A DNA stretch of 64,000 bases from Candidatus Woesearchaeota archaeon (GCA_038884615.1 JAWABL010000004.1:4479-68478), one strand, 5' to 3'. Shown: positions 30,094 to 40,644, counted from the first letter of the stretch. Notes: generated by a model not told the origin, from the sequence alone. Made by a program: numbers and translations.

Positions 30094-30765
30094 ATGCTGT
30101 TTATAGTTGCAACACCCATTGGAAATTTGAAGGACATAACGCTTCGTGCGCTTGAAACACTAAAAACCGTAGATATAATCGCAGCAGAAGATACTCGCAG
30201 GACAGGTATTTTGCTAAGTCACTATAATATCGTTTGCGATATGGTTAGTTATAACGAGCACAACAAAAAAAAGAGAACACCCTTTCTTATAAGCAAAATG
30301 AAGGATGGAAAAAAAGTGGCGCTTGTTTCAGACGCAGGAACACCGGGCATATCAGACCCAGGATACCATCTTATATGTGCCGCAATTTCTGAAGGTATAA
30401 GAGTGGTTCCACTTCCTGGTCCATGCGCAGCTGTAACAGCTCTTGTCTGCTCAGGGCTTCAGACTTCCTCATATTCATTCTATGGTTTTCTTCCAAAAAA
30501 AGAGCATCAAAAAAAGAAATTGTTCAGGTCTTTAAGCATGGAGACTGCTGCAACCAAAACATTAATTTTTTACGAGTCTCCTCACCGCATACATAAAACT
30601 CTTAGACTTCTTTGCGATGTTTTGCCTAAGAAGAATCTGTGCGTCGCAAGAGAGCTAACAAAGAAGTTTGAAGAGTTTATAAGAGGAACACCCGGTGAGG
30701 TTATCTCCAAGATAGGCAATAAAAAGCTTAAAGGTGAAATTGTACTTTTAATCGGAGAGGTGTAA
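30094..30765 (+). CDS. rsmI: Tetrapyrrole-methylase-family SAM methyltransferase, RsmI-like (16S rRNA C1402 2'-O-methyltransferase-like)
   Basis: LFIVATPIGNLKDITLRALETLKTVDIIAAEDTRRTGILLSHYNI is nearly identical in pattern to the bacterial RsmI N-terminus. Confidence 0.8.
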   Translation: MLFIVATPIGNLKDITLRALETLKTVDIIAAEDTRRTGILLSHYNIVCDMVSYNEHNKKKRTPFLISKMKDGKKVALVSDAGTPGISDPGYHLICAAISEGIRVVPLPGPCAAVTALVCSGLQTSSYSFYGFLPKKEHQKKKLFRSLSMETAATKTLIFYESPHRIHKTLRLLCDVLPKKNLCVARELTKKFEEFIRGTPGEVISKIGNKKLKGEIVLLIGEV

Positions 30766-30789
30766 GCCGGATAGGCGCAGTGATTAGAT

Positions 30790-31230
30790 TTGAGGATGGT
30801 GAGAAAAATGCTTGATGAGCGAGATAGGAGGATTATTGCAGAGCTAAAAAAAAACAGCCGAAGCACAATAAGAAACATTGCTAAAAAAACCAGGTTAAGA
30901 CCAAGCACAGTGCATATGAGAATAAAGTGGCTTGAAAAAAACAAGGTCATAGAAAAATATACAATTGGCCTCAATCGCAAATCTGTCGGTAGGGATCTGG
31001 TTGCTTTTGTCCTTATTCAGACAGAAGGTAGACTTCCTTTGTCTATTATAGACAATTTGCATATTGAAGAGGCGTACGGCATAACAGGAGAATATGACCT
31101 TCTCCTGAAGATGTCTTTCGGCGGCATAGAAGACTTTAATAGATTCCTTCTTAGATTACGGGAAGTTGATGCAGTTGAAAAGACACTTAGCATGGTTGCG
31201 ACACTGTGTCTTAAAGAATCCTCATATTAA
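30790..31230 (+). CDS. Lrp/AsnC-family transcriptional regulator
   Basis: LDERDRRIIAELKKNSRSTIRNIAKKTRLRPSTVHMRIKWLEKNKVIEKYT is the HTH. A C-terminal RAM domain follows (VAFVLIQTEG...). Confidence 0.85.
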   Translation: MRMVRKMLDERDRRIIAELKKNSRSTIRNIAKKTRLRPSTVHMRIKWLEKNKVIEKYTIGLNRKSVGRDLVAFVLIQTEGRLPLSIIDNLHIEEAYGITGEYDLLLKMSFGGIEDFNRFLLRLREVDAVEKTLSMVATLCLKESSY

Positions 31231-31285
31231 TAGGAGCTAGCATAAATCTATCGCCTATAAATACAATTATCTTATTATGAGCTCC

Positions 31286-31783
31286 CTATTTTTTTTGTCG
31301 CTTAGTCTCCATCTTTTTTATTATGTCTTTACAGAAGTTTTTGACAATCTCAGGTATCATTTTCCTTTCTCTAGGCATCCTTATCCCTATTTTAGCAATA
31401 ATTTCTGCATTTGGTATCATCTTCTCAGTTTCAGCAAAGCACTTTTTATCCCCTGAGCTGCCCATTGTACAGAACAACGCAACCCTTTTCCTTCCTATAT
31501 CATACTTTGAAAGAAATGTTCGCAACGCAGGCACCATAGTCCATCCCCAGACAGGCTGGCCGATTATGATTGTATCGTATTTTTCTGGCTTTTTCTTTAT
31601 CGACTCTATTCTTGTCATTTTTTTGCGGATAGCGTCTCTCCCTGCGCGGAGGTAACCAAGAACTCCTTCTCTGCTAGTCTTGTCTACTATTTCTTCAATA
31701 TCCGCATTTAGCTCTTTTGCAATCATTTCTGCAACAAGCCTTGTGTTTCCAGTTCTTGAATAATAAATAACAAGTGTTTGCAT
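31286..31783 (-). CDS. Flavodoxin-like protein
   Basis: MQTLVIYYSRTGNTRLVAEMIAKEL is the flavodoxin FMN-binding loop. GQPVWGWTMVPALRTFL also fits. The track start is a TTG 12 nt upstream. The ATG at 31781-31783 has a GAGGG SD. Confidence 0.8.
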   Translation of the reverse strand: MQTLVIYYSRTGNTRLVAEMIAKELNADIEEIVDKTSREGVLGYLRAGRDAIRKKMTRIESIKKKPEKYDTIIIGQPVWGWTMVPALRTFLSKYDIGRKRVALFCTMGSSGDKKCFAETEKMIPNAEIIAKIGIRMPRERKMIPEIVKNFCKDIIKKMETKRQKK

Positions 31784-31932
31784 ACTAGCCCTCAAATCGT
31801 TTTTATGCCTTTTTCGCGTATAAATCTATGCTCTTATTTCTCTTCTTTCGCGCAACATTACTATAACTTTCTGCCTAAGCTACTGATTATAGTTATTTAT
31901 AATATAATAATCATTGATATTTATAATCTTTT

Positions 31933-32832
31933 TTAAAACTTAACAATCTCCTCAAACTCATTATACCTTTTTTCGATGTCCATCATTGAAATTACTTTAA
32001 GTTTGTTGAGTGAGAAGTCCTCAGCGTTGAAGCTTGCAACGGTGCTGCCATAAATTATCCCCTTTCGCATGGAAGATTCGTCAATATCTTTGCATTTTCC
32101 AAGGTACCCTATAAATGCCCCTGCAAAACTGTCGCCGCAGCCTGTCGGGTCTTTTATAATTTCAAGCGGAAACCCCGGAGCAAAAAAAAACCTTCCGTTG
32201 CTGAAAAGAAGCGCACCATGTTCGCCTTTCTTTATGACCATCGTCTTTACCCCCATCTTTCTTCCTTTTTTTGCAGCATCAACAAGATTAACGGTTTCAA
32301 AAAGCTGCCTTGCTTCTGCGTCGTTTACAACGAGAATGTCACACATGCCGATGGCTTCAATAACTCTGTCTCTTTTGGTCTGAATCCAGTAGTTCATTGT
32401 ATCCAGAACGACAAGCCTTGGCTTTTTAAGCTGCTTCAGTATGCTTATTTGAAGCTCAGGGTCTGTATTTGCAAGAAAGCAGTATTTTGCTTTCTTGTAT
32501 TTTTCAGGGAGTTCAGGCTTAAACTCTGAAAGGCAGTTAATTTCTGTGGCAATGGTTTTTGCTTCATTCATGTCATATTCATACTCCCCTTTCCACCTAA
32601 AAGTCGTGCCTTTAACTTGCAGACCTTCGGTATTTATACCTCTTTTTTTCAATAGAGTGATATGCTCTTTTGGGAAGTCCTCGCCTATTATACTTACTAT
32701 CCCAACATCCAAAAAGAATGACGCTGCAAGTGCTGAGTAAACTGCAGAGCCACCTAGAACCTCTTCAGCCACTCCGAACGGAGTTTTTATGCTGTCAATT
32801 CCCACGGTTCCAAGTATTATTAGCTCAACCAT
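31933..32832 (-). CDS. PfkB-family carbohydrate/nucleoside kinase
   Basis: There is an N-terminal GG motif (EVLGGSAVYSA). The PfkB signature 2 is DPTGCGDSFAGAFIGYL. Confidence 0.85.
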   Translation of the reverse strand: MVELIILGTVGIDSIKTPFGVAEEVLGGSAVYSALAASFFLDVGIVSIIGEDFPKEHITLLKKRGINTEGLQVKGTTFRWKGEYEYDMNEAKTIATEINCLSEFKPELPEKYKKAKYCFLANTDPELQISILKQLKKPRLVVLDTMNYWIQTKRDRVIEAIGMCDILVVNDAEARQLFETVNLVDAAKKGRKMGVKTMVIKKGEHGALLFSNGRFFFAPGFPLEIIKDPTGCGDSFAGAFIGYLGKCKDIDESSMRKGIIYGSTVASFNAEDFSLNKLKVISMMDIEKRYNEFEEIVKF

Positions 32833-32928
32833 TCGCTAGATGCAATTATTTTCACTATTTAAATATGTCGTAGCATGTACTTGATAATTAGGAATCTTTT
32901 TATATTTTGCATTTATAACCTTGTGCAC

Positions 32929-34188
32929 ATGCAATCCGTACTTAAGAAGTACAAGTTCAGCGAGAAAGAAATGGCTGAAATAATGGACAAAGTAAACTCC
33001 TTCTGTAATAAGCTTAGTCAGAAGCTTAAAAAAAATAATGTCAGCGCAGATGTTATGCTTGGTGGAAGCGCGGCAAAAGGCACTTTAATAAAAGGCGACT
33101 TTGACTGCGATATTTTTGTAAGGTTTAATGATAAATACTCATCTGTAAACATTTCTGATGTTCTTGAGAATGCTCTACATAGCCAAAAATATCAACGGTT
33201 GCACGGCTCAAGAGATTATTTCCAAGTTTATTCAAAAGGAATAAAGTATGAAATAGTTCCTGTTCTAAGGGTTGATAAAACTGAACAGGCAAAAAATGTT
33301 ACTGATCTATCTCCTTTGCATGTCAGCTGGATAAAGGCAAGGATTCAAAAAAACCCTTCTCTCGTTGATGAGATACTTCTTGCAAAACTTTTTTGCAAGG
33401 CACAGAACCTGTATGGTGCGGAGAGCTACATAAGAGGCTTTTCGGGGCATGTTCTTGACATACTTGTTGCATACTATGGCTCATTTGAGAGTTTGCTGAG
33501 AAACGCTGTTCATTGGCACAGGTACAAGGTTATTGACATTGAAGGGCATAATTCAAGAAGAGAGCTTAACAAATCAAAAATATCTCCTCTTATTGTTATA
33601 GATCCAATACAAAAGGATAGGAATGCAGCGGCGGCGTTGAGCATTGAAAATTTTGAACTCTTCAAAAAAAGAGCAAAAGAGTATATAGACCATCCTTCTC
33701 CAAAGTTTTTCGATAAAAAGCCTATTACTGTTGGAGTTTTGAGGAGGCTTTGTCCACCAGGTCGTGATGCAGTGATTCTTGAGGTAAGTCCATTAGAAGG
33801 AAAAGAAGATATCATAGGCACAAAGATGCTTAAAGTTTTTATTTTTATTTCAAGGCAGCTGGAGTTGCATGATTTCATAGTAACAGATAAAGGGTGGTCA
33901 TGGGACAGGAAAAAAAAGGCGCTTATGTGGTTTTTTGTTCCAAAAGGCGAGATTGCGCATACGAAAGAGCACATGGGTCCTCCGCTACATTGCAAGAAGG
34001 ATGTTTCAGCATTCAAGGCGGCTCATCGTGATACTTTTGTTCGCGGACATAGAATTTTTGCCAGAATAAAGAGACAATTTGTATTTCATAGGGACCTTAT
34101 TGAGCATCTTATAAATCAAAGCTATATAAAAGAAAAGGTTGCATCGGTTAGGCTGCTATCCGAAAATAAGCATAAACGAGGCGCATAA
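32929..34188 (+). CDS. cca: CCA-adding enzyme (archaeal class I tRNA nucleotidyltransferase)
   Basis: GGSAAKGTLIKGDFDCDIFVRF is the Pol-beta-type NTase motif (GS...D.D) typical of the archaeal CCA enzyme. The track starts 54 nt upstream. The sensible start is MQSVLKKY. Confidence 0.7.
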   Translation: MQSVLKKYKFSEKEMAEIMDKVNSFCNKLSQKLKKNNVSADVMLGGSAAKGTLIKGDFDCDIFVRFNDKYSSVNISDVLENALHSQKYQRLHGSRDYFQVYSKGIKYEIVPVLRVDKTEQAKNVTDLSPLHVSWIKARIQKNPSLVDEILLAKLFCKAQNLYGAESYIRGFSGHVLDILVAYYGSFESLLRNAVHWHRYKVIDIEGHNSRRELNKSKISPLIVIDPIQKDRNAAAALSIENFELFKKRAKEYIDHPSPKFFDKKPITVGVLRRLCPPGRDAVILEVSPLEGKEDIIGTKMLKVFIFISRQLELHDFIVTDKGWSWDRKKKALMWFFVPKGEIAHTKEHMGPPLHCKKDVSAFKAAHRDTFVRGHRIFARIKRQFVFHRDLIEHLINQSYIKEKVASVRLLSENKHKRGA

Positions 34189-34197
34189 TTAGTTCAG

Positions 34198-34779
34198 GTG
34201 TTTGTCTTGGACAAGGTTGAGTTTAGGAGGCAGGTATTTCATCTTGTATCTGGTATAGTTTTAACACTGCTTCTTTATTTTGGAGTAATTAGCAGGTTTC
34301 ATATGCTTGTTTTTATTCCTATATCTATTTTAATAAGCATTTTTTCAATATGGTATCGGCTTCCATTTTTTGCTTTCATGCTTGAAAAGTTTGACAGAAA
34401 GACGTCTCTTATTCCTGGTCAGGGGGCAATAACTTTTTTAATCGGCTCGGTGGCTGCGCTTTACTTATTTGAAAAAAATATCGCATATGCGTCAATTCTG
34501 ATTTTGTCTTTAGGTGACTCTGTTGCGCCGATTGTAGGAATAAACTACGGCAGAAGAAGGATGTGGTTCAATAAAAAAAGGTACCTAGAGGGAATGATTG
34601 CAGGATTTGTTGCATCGGCATTAGCTGCATCTATTTTCGTGCCGTTTATTGATGCTTTTATAGCGTCGTTTTTAGCAATGCTTATAGAAACTATAGAAGT
34701 CACACTTTTCAATCGCCATTTAGACGATAATCTTTACCTCCCTGTTGTGGCTGGTGTTGTGCTGTCTTTTTTGAAGTAG
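34198..34779 (+). CDS. CTP-dependent polyprenol (dolichol) kinase-like / CdsA-family integral membrane protein
   Basis: Six hydrophobic segments. The C-terminal motif LGDSVAPIVGINYGRRR resembles the cytidylyltransferase/dolichol kinase signature. Confidence 0.5.
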   Translation: MFVLDKVEFRRQVFHLVSGIVLTLLLYFGVISRFHMLVFIPISILISIFSIWYRLPFFAFMLEKFDRKTSLIPGQGAITFLIGSVAALYLFEKNIAYASILILSLGDSVAPIVGINYGRRRMWFNKKRYLEGMIAGFVASALAASIFVPFIDAFIASFLAMLIETIEVTLFNRHLDDNLYLPVVAGVVLSFLK

Positions 34780-34831
34780 CAGAAATCGCCGATAAATCGC
34801 ATTAACAATAAAACAAAACTTTATAAAATAA

Positions 34832-35890
34832 ATGGCACTTCACTTCTATCCTATGCAAATTCAAGAACAGCTAAAAAAGGCATTTTTAGGCAGAGAAGAT
34901 GTACTAACTGATATTATTGGTCAGGATTCTGCAAAAAAAGAACTTATGAGTGCGCTTCTCATGGGCAGGCATATTATAATCTTTGGGAAGCCGGGGATTG
35001 GAAAGACCACTCTTGCAAAAAATGTGGCAAGGCTGCTTCCAGAGCTTGAGCTTTCAGACTGCGATTACAATTGTCTCCCTGAAAAGCCCCTCTGTCCTAG
35101 GTGTATCGCAGGAAAAAGCAGGACGCGGAAGGTTCCGGGAGTAAAGAGGTTTGTTCGTGTGCAGGGTAGCCCTGACCTCACAGCAGAGGATATTCTTGGG
35201 GACATTGATCCGATAAAAGCGATGAAATTTGGTCCATTAAGTATCGAGGCATTCACGCCAGGCAAAATACTTAAGGCAAATAACGGAATTTTGTTTTTTG
35301 ACGAGCTCAACAGATGCCCCGAAAAACTGCAAAATGCTCTGCTTCAGGTGCTTGAGGAAGGAAAAATTACAATTGGAGGATATGATTTCGATTTTCCTGT
35401 GAACTTTCTTTTTATAGGCACGATGAACCCCCAAGATACAAGCACAGAGGAACTTTCAGAAGTTCTCCTTGACAGGTTTGATGTTGTCTACATGAGTTAT
35501 CCTGAGAGCGACAAGATTGAAATACAAGTTGTAAAGACAAATGGAAAACAAGTGTGTGAGATTTCTGAGGGGATGCTTGCACTTTTGGTGCGGTTTATCC
35601 GCTCGCTTCGTGAAGATAGCAAGCTCGAGCTTGTTCCAAGCGTTAGGGCTACTATAGGGCTTTATGAGCGTTCTCAAGCAAATGCGTTGCTTCAAGGAAG
35701 AAAAAAAGTGCAGTTTGAAGACATAAAGGACGCAGTGATTAGCGTTGTGGCGCACAGAATTCGCCTTAAGCCTAGCGCAAAGTTTCTTGACGAACCAACA
35801 AGCTACTTAAAAAAAGAATTTGAAGACTTTATAAACAATAATTATCCTGAAGCACAGCAACTGGAGCAGGACCGCGGTGATTATCGGTAG
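34832..35890 (+). CDS. MoxR/ChlI-family AAA+ ATPase with a Cys-rich insertion
   Basis: Walker A is IIFGKPGIGKTT. Walker B is GILFFDELNRCPEKLQNALLQVLEEG. Sensor 2 also fits. An inserted CDYNCLPEKPLCPRC carries 4 Cys, a possible Zn ribbon. Confidence 0.7.
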   Translation: MALHFYPMQIQEQLKKAFLGREDVLTDIIGQDSAKKELMSALLMGRHIIIFGKPGIGKTTLAKNVARLLPELELSDCDYNCLPEKPLCPRCIAGKSRTRKVPGVKRFVRVQGSPDLTAEDILGDIDPIKAMKFGPLSIEAFTPGKILKANNGILFFDELNRCPEKLQNALLQVLEEGKITIGGYDFDFPVNFLFIGTMNPQDTSTEELSEVLLDRFDVVYMSYPESDKIEIQVVKTNGKQVCEISEGMLALLVRFIRSLREDSKLELVPSVRATIGLYERSQANALLQGRKKVQFEDIKDAVISVVAHRIRLKPSAKFLDEPTSYLKKEFEDFINNNYPEAQQLEQDRGDYR

Positions 35891-37076
35891 CGTAAGCAGT
35901 CTGCATAATGGGCATATGGGTGTAAAGTGCTCTTCAAACATAAAAGAGTTCCCGGGTAGCTTGCATTTTCAGGCGCTTGATGCAAAACTTATGCATTCTG
36001 TAATTGAAAATGATAAGGGAGTTATTGATGAGGGAAAGCTGATTAGCGAAGCCATCAACTTAGGGGTCGGCTCTTTTATGCCGGAACTCATGTTTGAGAG
36101 CATCGTCAATAATTTTGCGGTTGCAAAAAACCTTTATGGCGAAAGGCTTATAAGGGAGATATGTGGTTGCGAGCCGGACTACATTGAAAAAAACGCATCA
36201 GTCCCAGAATTTCGGCGTTGGCTAAAAAAGCGCATTCAAGACAAGCTTGATGCCATGAGGTTCTCTAAGCTGCTTGAAAGAGACTATTCAATAAGCGAGA
36301 AAGGCATTGAGCTTGCTGCTCTTGTTATGTATGTAGATGAGCTTGAAAAAATAGTGCCTACAGGAATGAAAGGAAGAAGGGAGCATAGAAAATCCTATAT
36401 TTATGGTGAGAAGCAGAATGTCAGGAACTATACTAAACAATCAAGGTATAGGGACATTGCGTTGAGAAATTCCATAAAGACAGCCTTGCGTAGAGGGCAT
36501 CGTTCTCTTGAGAAAGAAGATTTAAGGGTATTTGAGCGGAGCTCAAAAGGTATGAACCATATAATATATGCTCTTGATGCATCAGGCAGCATGAAGGGCA
36601 AAAAAATTGATAGCTGCAAAAGGGCGGGAGTTGCTCTTGTTTACAAGGCACTGTCTGAAAAGGACATGGTTGGGCTTATTGTCTTTGGCAAGGAGGTTTC
36701 AAAGGCAATCCCTCCGACAAATGATTTCGCCATGCTTGTGAAAGAAATATCTTCAATACATGCAGCACACGAAACCAATCTCTCTGCAACAATAAAAAAA
36801 TCTATGGAGTTGTTTTCAGACAGCAAAGTGACAAGACATCTTATTCTTATAACTGATGTTTTGCCTACTGTCGGGACAGACCCTTCTACAGAGACGCTTG
36901 AAGCTGTTTCGGAGGCAAGAAGCGCCGGCATCACCATCTCTGTTGTTGGCATAAACCTTGATGACAAGGGAAAGAATCTAGGAGAAAAAATAGTTGAGAT
37001 TGGAAAAGGTAGGTTTTATATTGCTGGGACAGACAATCTTGATAAAGTTGTGCTTGAAGACTACTACTCAATTTAA
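35877..37076 (+). CDS. VWA-domain protein, partner of the MoxR/ChlI-like ATPase
   Basis: MIDAS motif IIYALDASGSMKGKKID...LITDVLPTVG. It overlaps the upstream ATPase gene by 14 nt. Confidence 0.7.
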   Translation: MIIGSVSSLHNGHMGVKCSSNIKEFPGSLHFQALDAKLMHSVIENDKGVIDEGKLISEAINLGVGSFMPELMFESIVNNFAVAKNLYGERLIREICGCEPDYIEKNASVPEFRRWLKKRIQDKLDAMRFSKLLERDYSISEKGIELAALVMYVDELEKIVPTGMKGRREHRKSYIYGEKQNVRNYTKQSRYRDIALRNSIKTALRRGHRSLEKEDLRVFERSSKGMNHIIYALDASGSMKGKKIDSCKRAGVALVYKALSEKDMVGLIVFGKEVSKAIPPTNDFAMLVKEISSIHAAHETNLSATIKKSMELFSDSKVTRHLILITDVLPTVGTDPSTETLEAVSEARSAGITISVVGINLDDKGKNLGEKIVEIGKGRFYIAGTDNLDKVVLEDYYSI

Positions 37077-37193
37077 AGAGGTGGAAGAGCAATTTAGAAA
37101 TAAACTAAGTTTTAGAAATATACTAAATAAATAGCAGTACAAACAATTGCGCAAAGAAAAAACTTATAAAACTTAAAGTACATTCGGTATGTT

Positions 37194-37784
37194 ATGAGAA
37201 TTCTTGCCTTTACTGACATGCATGGAGATTTAAGCTCGTTAAAATCAATCAAGAAGAAAGCAAGAAATGCAGATGTAGTTGTTTGCTGTGGAGACTTAAC
37301 CATCCTTGGACAGCATCTTTCCTATCTTTTGCTTGAGTTAAACCGCCTTGGAAAACCAGTCTTCATTGTTCATGGTAATCATGAAGGCGAAAGCGCGATG
37401 AGGAAGGCAGGGTCTCTTTTTAGCCGTATCCATTATCTCCACAGGGACTATTTTGTTTACGGTGATGTTGTTTTCTTAGGTTATGGCGGCGGTGGGTTTT
37501 CAATGCACGATGCAGGGTTTGAAAAGGATGCAGAAAAGCTTTTCGGTGCAATGAAAAAAGCTGAAAGTTCCGTACTTATTCTTCATGGGCCGCCGTATGG
37601 AGTAAAGCAGGACAGAATAATGAATGGCCATTGTGGGAACAAAAGCTACACAAAGTTTATTCGTGAAAAGAAGCCGAATTATGTTTTTTGTGGTCATATA
37701 CACGAGAACAATGGAACAATAGACAAGATAGAAGACAGTATTATTTGTAATCCGGGCCATAAAGGAAAATTAATTAATCTTTAA
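37194..37784 (+). CDS. Calcineurin-like metallophosphoesterase
   Basis: MRILAFTDMHGD...VVVCCGDLT...VHGNHEG...ILHGPP...GHIHE is the complete set of phosphoesterase metal-ligand motifs. Confidence 0.8.
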   Translation: MRILAFTDMHGDLSSLKSIKKKARNADVVVCCGDLTILGQHLSYLLLELNRLGKPVFIVHGNHEGESAMRKAGSLFSRIHYLHRDYFVYGDVVFLGYGGGGFSMHDAGFEKDAEKLFGAMKKAESSVLILHGPPYGVKQDRIMNGHCGNKSYTKFIREKKPNYVFCGHIHENNGTIDKIEDSIICNPGHKGKLINL

Positions 37785-38710
37785 GGATGTTTTTTGTCGT
37801 TAACGCTTGTGAGAAGCACTACTCGTGACTCTTTTTTTTCATCAGTTATTCTATAATTGCAGTGCTTGCAAATTTCTTCTGCAAAGTTTTTCACCTCTGA
37901 ATGCAGCGGCATGTTCTCCATTTTTAGTCGGAATCGCGAAAAACCAACATGCATATACGCCTTGACTTCCACAAACATCGGCTCTGCTTTGCTTATTATT
38001 TCTGCCCATTGTTTTGGGTGTACCATATTTAAGCCTTTAATCATTGTAAATCTGAGAGTTGTCCTTGTTTTGTTCCTTAGGTTCTTTAGTATCGTAAGGC
38101 TTTTCATCAGCCTTTCCCAGCCGTCCTTTAGCATTGGCTGGTCAATCTTCTTAAAAAGCTCCCTGTTTGGCGCGTCAACAGATACATATAGTTGCGTTGG
38201 CTGCACAATCTTTGCCAGCTTGCTCGGCATCATTCCGTTTGTTACAAGAAAAGTTGTGAATCCTTGCTTGTGTAGCTCGGTTATAAGCTCATTAAGTTTT
38301 GGATAAATTGTAGGTTCGCCTACAAGAGATATTGCAAAATGTTTTGGTTGTGCTGCTTCTTTAAGCTTTTTTTTGTCGGCTCTTTCATACCCACCATATC
38401 CTGAAAGAAGCTTTTTCTGCATAAGGAGCGAATTTTTTATTATGTTTCTGGGCTTGTCAAGGATATTCTTTTGTATTCTTGTTCCCTCAGTGTACTCAAT
38501 CGGTCTCCAACAAAACACGCATCTGTTATGGCAGTAGCCAATAGAAGGGCTCATCTGTACGCATCTGTGACTTGCAATTCCATAAAACTGCTGCTTGTAG
38601 CAATGACCCTGCCCCCTGAGTGCCTTTTTTGTCCATGTACAAAGCTTCACAGCAGAATGATTTCCTGAAAAAGCATAGTGCTGTTTTGCAAGAATTCCCT
38701 TGTAGTTCAT
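37781..38710 (-). CDS. Radical SAM enzyme, TYW1/Taw1-like (tRNA 4-demethylwyosine synthase)
   Basis: Radical SAM Cx3Cx2C (GYCHNRCVFCWRP) is preceded by additional conserved Cys (GHCYKQQFYGIASHRCVQM), as in TYW1. LVGEPTIYPKLNELI...FLVTNG follows. Confidence 0.6.
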   Translation of the reverse strand: MNYKGILAKQHYAFSGNHSAVKLCTWTKKALRGQGHCYKQQFYGIASHRCVQMSPSIGYCHNRCVFCWRPIEYTEGTRIQKNILDKPRNIIKNSLLMQKKLLSGYGGYERADKKKLKEAAQPKHFAISLVGEPTIYPKLNELITELHKQGFTTFLVTNGMMPSKLAKIVQPTQLYVSVDAPNRELFKKIDQPMLKDGWERLMKSLTILKNLRNKTRTTLRFTMIKGLNMVHPKQWAEIISKAEPMFVEVKAYMHVGFSRFRLKMENMPLHSEVKNFAEEICKHCNYRITDEKKESRVVLLTSVNDKKHP

Positions 38711-38716
38711 TTTAAG

Positions 38717-38977
38717 CTATTTTATCAATGTAAAACCTATTGCCTTATAATAGCATTTTGAATCTATTGGATAATATGTGTTGCATCTCTCATCTTTAAG
38801 AACTGCAATTCTTATTCTTCCGTTGATTGGTTTGTTGCAAAAATAACACTGAAATCTTGAAAGTCCAATTGCGTCATAATCTTTTTCAAGCCCCCTTATC
38901 TCAGCATATCCTTCTCTGATTCTCTCCGCAAGTTCCATTCTTGCCTCCTCAACTCTTGAGCCGATTTTAATAACCAT
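38717..38977 (-). CDS. Hypothetical small protein with a CxxC...C...C cluster
   Basis: 86 aa. FQCYFCNKPINGRIRIAVLKDERCNTYYPIDSKCYY is a possible zinc-ribbon. Confidence 0.35.
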   Translation of the reverse strand: MVIKIGSRVEEARMELAERIREGYAEIRGLEKDYDAIGLSRFQCYFCNKPINGRIRIAVLKDERCNTYYPIDSKCYYKAIGFTLIK

Positions 38978-39307
38978 ACTACAGGAATGCTGCAGTAGTT
39001 TATAAATCTGCCTTATTACTGCTAATTAAATATATCTCAATTAATTAAATAATTAATTAAATATAATTATAAACATAACTATTGGACTATAATAAATATT
39101 AAACTATCATTTTTACCTTTTTCCTAATTCTAAATCACAAATTTTTTGAATATCTAACTTATAGTTTATTTCTATAGTTTATTTTTATAGCTTATTTTTG
39201 TAGCTAATATATCAATGTTATGAATAATTATGAATACCCATTTTAAAAGCTTATTTCAGAGAAACTATTTCAAAAAACTATATAAAGAATAAAAATATTG
39301 GTCACTT

Positions 39308-39802
39308 ATGCTTGTAACGGATATTGTTGAGCAGGTTGAAAAAAGCCAGACCTATACTTCATGGGAGGGAAGAGAAAACTTCTATTTGGTGCATCTTTTT
39401 TATATGACCGGCCATAATTGGCAGGTTGGTTATTATAATAAAGGTACAGGGAGGATAGTAACATTTGAGGCAAACGGCGGGGTAAAAAGGCTTGAGGAGT
39501 CAGATGTTTTTCAGGACAGTCCTCTACCTCTTTCTAGATTAAATGTTGAATCTGTTAAGATAGATTATAAGGATGCAGTGGAAAAAGCAAAGATTGTAGC
39601 AGAGAAACATTTTCCACATGAGCATATTGATAAGGAGATTGCGGTGCTTCAGGAAACAAAGCAAGGTGTCTTGTATAATATCACTTTTTTAACACGAAGC
39701 TTTAAAATGCTTAACATAAAGATTGATGCGGACAAAAGTGAAGTGCTTCATTATGAATTGCACTCCCTTATGGATATGACAAGAAAAGAGGATATTTTAT
39801 AA
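39308..39802 (+). CDS. Hypothetical protein
   Basis: 164-aa ORF in an AT-rich context. No recognised motif. Confidence 0.4.
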   Translation: MLVTDIVEQVEKSQTYTSWEGRENFYLVHLFYMTGHNWQVGYYNKGTGRIVTFEANGGVKRLEESDVFQDSPLPLSRLNVESVKIDYKDAVEKAKIVAEKHFPHEHIDKEIAVLQETKQGVLYNITFLTRSFKMLNIKIDADKSEVLHYELHSLMDMTRKEDIL

Positions 39803-39988
39803 TAGTGGAGGATAGTAGTTAAACTCCAAGAATAACCAAGAATAATATATGGAACAGCTATTATATACCCTACTATTATATCCACTCTTATATGTCTTTT
39901 TATAATATATTTTGTAGAATAAAATATTTTATATATTACTTGTTTGCTTTTTTTTTAAAAAAATTTTTAAAAAAGTGGGGGTGATGTT

Positions 39989-40417
39989 GTGAGGGTACGA
40001 ATAAAGCTTTTGCATAAGGAAGCAAAGATACCTCAATATGCGCATAAAGGGGATTCTGGCGTTGATTTATACTCGATTGAAAATATTGTTATAAAACATG
40101 GAGAATGGCAGCTTGTTAGAACAGGTGTGTCTATAGAGATTCCGTCTGGTTATGAAGCCCAGATTAGGCCAAGAAGTGGGCTAGCGCTTAAACATGGAAT
40201 AAGCGTTCTTAACACACCAGGGACTATTGATTCTGGTTACAGGGGAGAAATAGGTGTGATTCTTGTAAATCATTCGCGGCACGATTTTCTTGTTGAAAAG
40301 CATACTAAGATAGCTCAAATGGTTTTTTGTAAAGTTGAGCGAGTGTCCTTTCAGCAGGTTGATAAGCTTAAAGAAACTACAAGAAATAAGGGAGGCTTTG
40401 GAAGCACAGGTAAATAG
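39989..40417 (+). CDS. dut: dUTP diphosphatase (dUTPase)
   Basis: dUTPase motifs: AHKGDSGVDLY, IRPRSGLALKHGI, GTIDSGYRGEIGVIL and GGFGSTG. It has a GTG start preceded by a GGGGGTGAT SD. Confidence 0.85.
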   Translation: MRVRIKLLHKEAKIPQYAHKGDSGVDLYSIENIVIKHGEWQLVRTGVSIEIPSGYEAQIRPRSGLALKHGISVLNTPGTIDSGYRGEIGVILVNHSRHDFLVEKHTKIAQMVFCKVERVSFQQVDKLKETTRNKGGFGSTGK

Positions 40418-40644
40418 GGGGTGTAAAAATGGCGTTAGTCAGAAACAATATAAGCTATAACACAATAAAAAAGAACCAGACTCTATCACAGTTTGTAAAA
40501 TTGAAATCAGAAGAGAAGAATGAGGATACCAACTCTGAGTCATAAAACGCATTATTTTTCTTGAATGCATCCTCACATGTAAATAAATTTGCCTAAAGAA
40601 AATTATTTAAGGTATCTTAAAATTCTTTCTTTTAGGGGGTTTAA

